From the IMG/VR virus record IMGVR_UViG_3300022925_000007: a stretch of 20,000 nucleotides of DNA, one strand, 5' to 3'. The notes under the pieces were generated by a model, which worked only from the letters and a program-made list of their open reading frames with translations, was not told the DNA's origin and made no database searches. Source of the stretch: an uncultured virus (IMG/VR IMGVR_UViG_3300022925_000007). Lineage: Duplodnaviria > Heunggongvirae > Uroviricota > Caudoviricetes. Below are positions 1-6,062 of the stretch, piece by piece (within the stretch, counting starts at the first letter, position 1; each line of letters begins with the position of its first letter). Made by a program: the position numbers and the translations under genes.

Positions 1-2
1 CT

Positions 3-1343
3 ACTGTTAAAACAACTTTTACCTTTGAAAGACCTATTGAGTTGAAGGCAGAAACAGAATATGCTATCGTGTTGCTTTCTCAATCTACTGGTTACACAGT
101 TTGGGTTGCTACTATGGGCAACTTCCTAGTCGGTTCGACAACCTTGAAGGTGGTATCGCAACCAACGTTGGGATCACTGTTCAAGTCACAGAACGGCACG
201 ACTTGGGAACCTTCTCAGAATCAAGATTTAACATTCGACTTGAGCATCGCTGACTTTACAAGGAGCGGTTTGAGCGGCGAAGCAAAATTTGCAATGAATG
301 ATTTTCCTAACTATCGTTTACGGAATAATCCATTCTATGTTGATTCAGCGTCAAACTCAGTAAGAGTTTACCATCCATTCCATGGAATGTTGGTGGGAGA
401 TAAGGTACTCATTAATCACTTCGATAGTGCGTCTGCTGACTCTGATCACCTTCGCGGTATAACCGATGGTCAGATTCAAGGTCTACAAACTATCACCGCA
501 AAGGATGTGACTGGATACACATTTACCTCATCGGGCACTTCAACCAGTGGCGGATTCGGTGGTGGAAACTTCTGGCAAGCAACTCAGCAAGCACAGATTG
601 ATGTTCTCTATACTGGATTCCAAGTTCACAGACCAGACGCTTCTGACGCAACTGCTAAGATTAAACTGACAAGCGGTCAGTCTGAAGCTGGTAGTGAACT
701 GGCATATGTCTACGATACGTCTTATACAGATATTGTGATTAACAGCAATAATTATTTCTCTGCTCGTAAGATGTTGGTGAATAGTCAAAATAAGACAGCG
801 CAAAGCATGAGTGAATCCGATGACTTGCGTATCATTATGACAACCACTAACAAGTACGTGTCACCAGTGGTTGACGCATTAAATACTTCACTACACTGTA
901 TCACGAATATCATCGACGATCAAGACTCTGCTGGTCTTGGAGGCAATCAACCCTTGACCTATACTGCAGAAAATACTGCAGACGGCGGTTCTTCTATAGC
1001 AAAATATGTTACTAAGACCGTAACGCTAGAGAATGAAGCAGTTGGTCTAAAGGTTCTTATCGGTGCTAACAAACCTTCGGTCGCTTCGTTTGACGTCTAC
1101 TACAAGACTGCAGGCGTAGATGAGACTATCGCTGATAATAGCTGGGTACTTGCCGAGGTCGATAACCTTTTGCCTTCTGACGACGATGGTGTTACCTTCA
1201 GGGAGTATCGTTATACTATTGGCGGAACTCAAGGAACGTTGGATCCTTTCGTGCAGTTTAAAATCAAGATTGTGATGCGCACACAGAACAATCTACTTGT
1301 TCCTCGCTTCCGAGATCTACGCGCGATTGCCCTGACAGTATGA
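3..1343 (+). CDS. C-terminal part (5'-truncated) of a large T4-like virion structural protein, DUF4815/VrlC-like
   Basis: Frame is open from base 3 (TVKTTFTFERPIELKAETEYAIVLLS), so the ORF-track start at 42 is internal. Motifs GSLFKSQNGTTWEPSQNQDLTF, AKYVTKTVTLENEA and terminal PRFRDLRAIAL match this family in T4-like marine phages. Confidence 0.75.
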   Translation, partial: TVKTTFTFERPIELKAETEYAIVLLSQSTGYTVWVATMGNFLVGSTTLKVVSQPTLGSLFKSQNGTTWEPSQNQDLTFDLSIADFTRSGLSGEAKFAMNDFPNYRLRNNPFYVDSASNSVRVYHPFHGMLVGDKVLINHFDSASADSDHLRGITDGQIQGLQTITAKDVTGYTFTSSGTSTSGGFGGGNFWQATQQAQIDVLYTGFQVHRPDASDATAKIKLTSGQSEAGSELAYVYDTSYTDIVINSNNYFSARKMLVNSQNKTAQSMSESDDLRIIMTTTNKYVSPVVDALNTSLHCITNIIDDQDSAGLGGNQPLTYTAENTADGGSSIAKYVTKTVTLENEAVGLKVLIGANKPSVASFDVYYKTAGVDETIADNSWVLAEVDNLLPSDDDGVTFREYRYTIGGTQGTLDPFVQFKIKIVMRTQNNLLVPRFRDLRAIALTV

Positions 1344-1344
1344 T

Positions 1345-1572
1345 ATGAAGAATTATATACCTGTCAGCGGTAACTCCAACTTGGTCAAAGACCCTAGGAG
1401 TAATGCGGTGATCAATATAAATAATGATGAGATACGGGCAGCAAAAGAACGTAAAAAAAGAATGCAGGAAAAGGCGAAAGAAGAGCAATTACTCAAGCAA
1501 GACGTTCAAGATTTAAAAGAAGATATGTCTGAAATTAAGTCCCTGCTTCAACAGTTATTAGAGAAGAAATAA
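1345..1572 (+). CDS. Small coiled-coil hypothetical protein of the type that follows the DUF4815-like gene in T4-like phages
   Basis: 75 aa; V-x-G-x-x-N-L-x-K-D-x-x-S-N-A-V-I-N N-terminus and heptad C-terminus (LKEDMSEIKSLLQQLL); starts 1 nt after the upstream stop. Confidence 0.75.
   Translation: MKNYIPVSGNSNLVKDPRSNAVININNDEIRAAKERKKRMQEKAKEEQLLKQDVQDLKEDMSEIKSLLQQLLEKK
1416..1423 (+). promoter_or_regulatory. T4-type late promoter (TATAAATA) inside the 75-aa ORF
   Basis: Exact match to the T4 gp55 -10 consensus, about 150 nt upstream of the 1572 start. Confidence 0.5.
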
Positions 1573-1787
1573 TGGCAACGATATCGTTACAACTCGTTGA
1601 TAGTTTTGCTACGTTGAGGACGAAGTTCAATTCGCTCTCAACGAATCTTGGCGATTTAACTCTATTAACGACCGACGCAACCAGTTCAATAGTCGCCGCA
1701 ATCAATGAAATAGATAGTGCTTCAACTGTAGCATCAGGCAGAGTTCTAGAGGTTTATGATCGTAACGGAACTTTGTTGAATCCTTAA
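1572..1787 (+). CDS. Small fibre-associated structural protein (short coiled-coil/anchor)
   Basis: 71 aa; TAATG stop/start overlap; DSFATLRTKFN and GDLTLLTTDATSSIVAAINEI resemble phage fibre N-terminal and stalk motifs. Confidence 0.6.
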   Translation: MATISLQLVDSFATLRTKFNSLSTNLGDLTLLTTDATSSIVAAINEIDSASTVASGRVLEVYDRNGTLLNP

Positions 1788-1801
1788 TGGTGGAGTAAAT
1801 T

Positions 1802-3499
1802 GTGGCAATCACTGATATACCATTAAGAATAAAAAACTCAAATGGTGACCTTCAGCAGTTCTCGACCTCTGAAGAAAATTTCCTCGCCTATCAAATGGGT
1901 CTCAACTTAGCATCACGCGGTGTAAATGCTAGTAGTGCTCTCTCGACTTCTTCTGATAGTGCTGCGCTCGTTGGTAGTTTTACTGATACGCAATACAATC
2001 AAATCGGTGTTTCGGGCGATAACGGAACCACTGTTGAGGCGCAAGAAACCATTTCTTACCTGTACCAAAAGACAGGCGCTGCGCCAATCGACGGCACGGA
2101 TTATGAAACGCCGATAGGTTATAAAACATCTGACACGTCAATCAGAGAAATGGTTGATAGCGACTTGTTCGGTTTAGTTGATAGAACGCTTTCGGTTTGG
2201 GCCACGAATGATTATCCTGGTATATACAAATTAGACTCATCGGGGTTTTCTGATGGCGATTATGAAATTCATATTGATACGGTTTTCGAAGACAATAGAA
2301 GCAATGTAAACAATTTACAGACTGACTACCATATCTGGAAACGTACTTCTATGACGCCGCCAAGCGCCGCGAGACCTATGTTTGTCGTGCGTACTGGAGG
2401 GGGCGAATTTGCAGGCGGTGTTCGTGAAATGACGGATACGCAAATTCAATATACCTTTGGTCAAAGAGCAAGGAACCGTATCATTTCGTCAGGTATCGGC
2501 ACCTACCAGTTGAGAGATAACACACAAGGCGCACCAACTGATCCAGGCACTTGGGTGGCAAAGGGTGTGGCAACTGATACCAGACACGTGATTGTTGAGA
2601 CACAGTTTTCTGACACGTATGAATCGACGAGCGAAATACCATATAGTGCTCAGGTAGATAGGACCTACACTGGAAATTATGAATCTCAATACAGTAAACA
2701 ATATGGCGCTCAGTACGCCAGACAATACACCAGACAATATGCTGGATTGGAGGGTTATACCACACTGTTACAGTATTCAAAGGGATACACAGCGCAGTAC
2801 ACCAGACAATTCGCTGGCGGATTGAACACTTATTATACAGGATTGGTCTCTTTCGAAGGAACTGCTCAGTATACAAGACAGTATAGCGGATTCATCATAG
2901 GACCATCTTTTGACGGAACTTACGTTGGCGCATTTACCGGAACATTTGGTGGCGGAACGTACACCGGTGTGTACTCAAGACAACGTGCGTATGTCGCTCC
3001 CGCTGCCACCGGTGGCGGCGGCGAATTTTTCATTGGAATATATGAATCTTATGCTAGTTTCACGGGTCAGTTTACCGGAGCTGCTTATCAGGGTCAGTAT
3101 AGCTCCTCTTTTATCGGCACTTATGTCCTAGACGTAGAAAATCAATTCACCGGCACATACCAAAGATCTGCAATATATTCCTCTCAGGAGCAATACCTTG
3201 GAGTACTCGAAATACAGTATTCCAATAACTACGCGAGTAGATATGTTAGGCAGTATACTGGAAGCACAACTTATACCGGAACAAGGCAATACGCAGGTCA
3301 ATACTCTTCGCAGTATACGCAGCAGTATACCGCTCAATTTGCTGCTCAATTTGCAGGGTCATACACCGGTCAGTTTGGCGAAATTTATGTTAAGCAATAT
3401 GTTGGCGATCAATATATCGCTCAGTATGGTGGTCAAGTAGTCGACGACACTCAATCTACAGTAATCAAAACATACACTTTGTATGTAAGAACCGCATAA
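1802..3499 (+). CDS. Tyr/Gln/Thr/Gly-rich putative virion protein: three-module base plus ~270-aa mirror-symmetric aromatic-repeat insertion
   Basis: 565 aa; GTG start with GGAG at 1792-1795; (Y/F)-x-x-Q tetrapeptide repeats at aa 269-542. Confidence 0.8.
   Translation: MAITDIPLRIKNSNGDLQQFSTSEENFLAYQMGLNLASRGVNASSALSTSSDSAALVGSFTDTQYNQIGVSGDNGTTVEAQETISYLYQKTGAAPIDGTDYETPIGYKTSDTSIREMVDSDLFGLVDRTLSVWATNDYPGIYKLDSSGFSDGDYEIHIDTVFEDNRSNVNNLQTDYHIWKRTSMTPPSAARPMFVVRTGGGEFAGGVREMTDTQIQYTFGQRARNRIISSGIGTYQLRDNTQGAPTDPGTWVAKGVATDTRHVIVETQFSDTYESTSEIPYSAQVDRTYTGNYESQYSKQYGAQYARQYTRQYAGLEGYTTLLQYSKGYTAQYTRQFAGGLNTYYTGLVSFEGTAQYTRQYSGFIIGPSFDGTYVGAFTGTFGGGTYTGVYSRQRAYVAPAATGGGGEFFIGIYESYASFTGQFTGAAYQGQYSSSFIGTYVLDVENQFTGTYQRSAIYSSQEQYLGVLEIQYSNNYASRYVRQYTGSTTYTGTRQYAGQYSSQYTQQYTAQFAAQFAGSYTGQFGEIYVKQYVGDQYIAQYGGQVVDDTQSTVIKTYTLYVRTA
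2606..3427 (+). repeat. Degenerate (Y/F)-x-x-Q tetrapeptide repeat region, symmetric about GGGG (3011-3022)
   Basis: Examples: YESQYSKQYGAQYARQYTRQY and YAGQYSSQYTQQYTAQFAAQF. Aromatic positions pair with index sums of 810-811. Confidence 0.9.
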
Positions 3500-3511
3500 T
3501 AGGATAGGAAA

Positions 3512-3976
3512 ATGAATAAAAAAACTTGGCAGAGTAATGCTTATTGGTTAGACGATAAAGCGAAAGATTCTATTCGTGCGATTCTGACCTTTGAAGATGA
3601 CCGTGGTCGAAAAGTCAAGCAAGAATTAACAATCAACAAAACCAACCCTACGACGAAAGAGGCAAACCCTGATTTTGTCGAACTGGTTGAAACGGTTGGT
3701 GATGACACTATCACTCAAAATACTGAAAAAAGAAAAGAACAAAAGCAAAAAGAAGCAGAGACGAGGGATAAGCGTCGAAAGGCAGAGAAGCAGCGCAAAG
3801 AGTTAGCAGAGTTGTTTAATGCTAAGATTGAAATTATGGAAGTCGAGGAGATTAAAAACTCAGACAACCGTGAATTAAAATCTAAGATTCGCCGCGCCAA
3901 GAGTCGTCTTGAAATGGAAATGTATGCGATACTGTTGATGATGAAAGAAACACAAAACAATGCAAACAGTGAATGA
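3512..3976 (+). CDS. Highly charged hypothetical protein, possible assembly chaperone
   Basis: 154 aa; AGGA SD upstream; K/E/R-rich helical C-terminal half, unlike the S/T/G-rich fibre proteins. Confidence 0.7.
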   Translation: MNKKTWQSNAYWLDDKAKDSIRAILTFEDDRGRKVKQELTINKTNPTTKEANPDFVELVETVGDDTITQNTEKRKEQKQKEAETRDKRRKAEKQRKELAELFNAKIEIMEVEEIKNSDNRELKSKIRRAKSRLEMEMYAILLMMKETQNNANSE

Positions 3977-4700
3977 AAGTTATAACGGTTATCTTGTAGT
4001 TGCTTCTAGAAAATATTCTTACTATAAACTTGCTATAAATTGCCTAGAGTCAATTAAGGATTACTATCCGGAAGCCAATCTTTGCCTCGTCACTGAAGAA
4101 AAATTCTGCGACGGCAGGGAAAGAATTGCTGATCATGTAATCCATACTCAAGAAAGTCATTATCGCTCTAAACTTTGGGGCATGTCTCAAACTCCTTTTG
4201 ATGTCACCATGTATGTAGACGCAGACATGGAATGCGCTCATGAAGATATAAGCAAGGTCTTTGATCTTCTTGGCGACAACGATATGATGTTTAAAGGTAT
4301 ACCAGAAAAGATTTGGCCGTTGGTCAAAGACGTAGTGTTTCCTGGCGGTATGTTTAAATACTGCGGCGCAGTGTGCCTTTATAGGTCTTCTCCACTCGTT
4401 AACGATTTCATGAAAGATTGGTATGAGTATTATAAAGGTCAATATGGCGGAACATGGTGGCCGACTAAAGAAGACGGCGTCACATTTGACACGGATCTCT
4501 ATCCTTATCATCTAAGGCAGTGGGATCAATTCACACTTTGGTGGTTAACTGAAAAGGAAGAGAAGTATAAAGACCTCAAGACTGAACTCTTTGATGATGA
4601 TACCGAAAGATTAAATGCTTGGGACACATTAGAGCGACTGGGGTTAGAACCCGAGGATCCGATTCTACTACACCGTTCATTGACTGCGATTAAATCATGA
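3960..4700 (+). CDS. GT-A fold glycosyltransferase (GT8-like nucleotide-diphospho-sugar transferase)
   Basis: 246 aa; N-terminal strand-helix (GYLVVAS...LAINCLESIK); K...TPFDVTMYVDADM with DxD at aa 87-89; CGAVCLY; WDQ; C-terminal ILLH. Confidence 0.8.
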   Translation: MQTVNESYNGYLVVASRKYSYYKLAINCLESIKDYYPEANLCLVTEEKFCDGRERIADHVIHTQESHYRSKLWGMSQTPFDVTMYVDADMECAHEDISKVFDLLGDNDMMFKGIPEKIWPLVKDVVFPGGMFKYCGAVCLYRSSPLVNDFMKDWYEYYKGQYGGTWWPTKEDGVTFDTDLYPYHLRQWDQFTLWWLTEKEEKYKDLKTELFDDDTERLNAWDTLERLGLEPEDPILLHRSLTAIKS

Positions 4701-4713
4701 AAAGGATTCATAG

Positions 4714-5403
4714 ATGAAAGATATACCGATACGAAATGAAGAGTTGATTGCTTTGCTAAATGAAGCGTGTGCGATTGCTAATCTTGATATGATAAAAAAC
4801 CTTGCTCTGAGTAAACAAGAAAAAAGAAAAAAGTTTTTAAATCAAGAGTTTCATGTTGGAGAAGAATACAGAACTCGTATCGTTGATATGGGTCAGCATC
4901 ATCATGGGTATCCTGAACATTTGGATGCGTTTAATCTAAACCTTGGCGGTGGCGTACCTGAGGCAGAAGTAGAATCGCAGATAAATCAAGTGGGGGTTGA
5001 TCTTTATCAGAGGGTCTTAGATGTAGATAAAAAAATACAAACCTTCATAGGAACTCGAAACAACGCGCTCTTTACTGTTTATCCTCCTGGTGGATATATC
5101 TCCTGGCATAATAATGCGAACGCTCCTGGATATAATGTCATTTTTACTTGGTCAGAAAAAGGAGAGGGTTACTGGCAGCATATAGACCCGATTACCAAGG
5201 AAGTCGTCACGATACCTGACGTTATTGGTTGGCAGTGTAAGTCCGGTTACTACGGGCATTATGGTCAGAAAAACGAACTTATGTATCACTGCGCCGCGAC
5301 TAACTGCTGGAGAATGACTATCGCTTTCGTATTCAATAAAAGTGAAATGGGTGAAGAAATGTCCAAAATGGCGCTTGAGGACATTTCAAATACTTATAAA
5401 TAA
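4714..5403 (+). CDS. 2OG-Fe(II) oxygenase-like (DSBH/jelly-roll) protein
   Basis: 229 aa; YPPGGYISWH132-N-N ... YH192CAATNCWR200MTIAF follows the Y-x-x-G-x-x-x-x-x-H-x-D ... H ... R pattern, with Asn in place of Asp. Confidence 0.65.
   Translation: MKDIPIRNEELIALLNEACAIANLDMIKNLALSKQEKRKKFLNQEFHVGEEYRTRIVDMGQHHHGYPEHLDAFNLNLGGGVPEAEVESQINQVGVDLYQRVLDVDKKIQTFIGTRNNALFTVYPPGGYISWHNNANAPGYNVIFTWSEKGEGYWQHIDPITKEVVTIPDVIGWQCKSGYYGHYGQKNELMYHCAATNCWRMTIAFVFNKSEMGEEMSKMALEDISNTYK
5395..5402 (+). promoter_or_regulatory. T4-type late promoter (TATAAATA) overlapping the oxygenase stop codon
   Basis: Exact consensus match. Confidence 0.55.
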
Positions 5404-5430
5404 GAATAAACACGGTCCCCACTCTAGAAT

Positions 5431-5438
5431 TATAAATA
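5431..5438 (+). promoter_or_regulatory. T4-type late promoter (TATAAATA)
   Basis: Exact consensus in the intergenic gap, 22 nt before the ATG at 5461. Confidence 0.8.
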
Positions 5439-5460
5439 ATCAAAAAAGTGTAAGAGAGAA

Positions 5461-5817
5461 ATGGCGCACTACGAAGATTTACAGTTTGATCAAGGTACGG
5501 ACGTAGCAGTCGAGATTCATTTAGTCGAGACCGATGGTTCGAAAAAAAACTTGACGGGTTATAGTGCTGCTGCTAAAATGAAGCGGAACTATAACAGCGA
5601 CAGCGCTGATACTGTAGATTTCAGTGCTCTCGTTTCTTCGCCTGCTACTGATGGTATCGTCACGCTTGCGTTGACTAATACGCAAACTGACTCGTTAGAT
5701 GCTAGGCGAAGATATTTTTATGATGTAGAGATCTCTTACAACGACAGTGACGGTAATGCGATTATAGAAAGAGTCTTAGAGGGACGAATAGACATCAACC
5801 CATCAGTGACGAGGTAA
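5461..5817 (+). CDS. Small beta-sandwich virion protein (fibre attachment adaptor, BppU-N-like)
   Basis: 118 aa; DQGTD, NLTGYSAAAKMKR, GIVTLALTNTQT, RYFYDVEI and RVLEGRIDINPSVTR match a family common beside fibre genes in T4-like cyanophage-type genomes. Confidence 0.75.
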   Translation: MAHYEDLQFDQGTDVAVEIHLVETDGSKKNLTGYSAAAKMKRNYNSDSADTVDFSALVSSPATDGIVTLALTNTQTDSLDARRRYFYDVEISYNDSDGNAIIERVLEGRIDINPSVTR

Positions 5818-5819
5818 TC

Positions 5820-6062
5820 GTGTCTTATCAAATAAAGAACGTTGCTGTAGGTGACAATACAACTCTTGTAAAAAAGGTGGTCGTAGGACGACCAATTAGA
5901 AGAGTAAGTGGTAGTGGCGGTAGCGTCAGCATAGACAATATAATCGGAGTAGATACTTCCGGAAAAAGTGATGGCAGTCTTTTAATATACAATACTAGCT
6001 CAAGTTTATGGGAATCAAGTAAAACACTAGAAGAACAAGTAATTAACGGAGGCCAGTACTAA
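5820..6062 (+). CDS. Small fibre connector protein
   Basis: 80 aa; GTG start after GAGGT; VD-x5-GSLLIYN-x4-W fibre motif; ends INGGQY. Confidence 0.65.
   Translation: MSYQIKNVAVGDNTTLVKKVVVGRPIRRVSGSGGSVSIDNIIGVDTSGKSDGSLLIYNTSSSLWESSKTLEEQVINGGQY

Noticed and set aside
42..44. TTG start of the first ORF
   Set aside because: The frame is open to the window edge with family-like sequence, so the gene starts upstream.
2606..3427. A long DNA inverted repeat or RNA hairpin underlying the protein symmetry
   Set aside because: No extended complementarity is visible between the arms; the symmetry is in amino-acid spacing.
3960..5403. DNA hypermodification pair (TET/JBP oxygenase plus glucosyltransferase)
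   Set aside because: Late structural context, no nucleotide-metabolism genes nearby and no TET/JBP-like H-x-D motif; disfavoured but not excluded.
5542..5549. A8 run as a slippage or frameshift site
   Set aside because: The ORF is intact with family motifs on both sides, and no useful alternative frame is evident.
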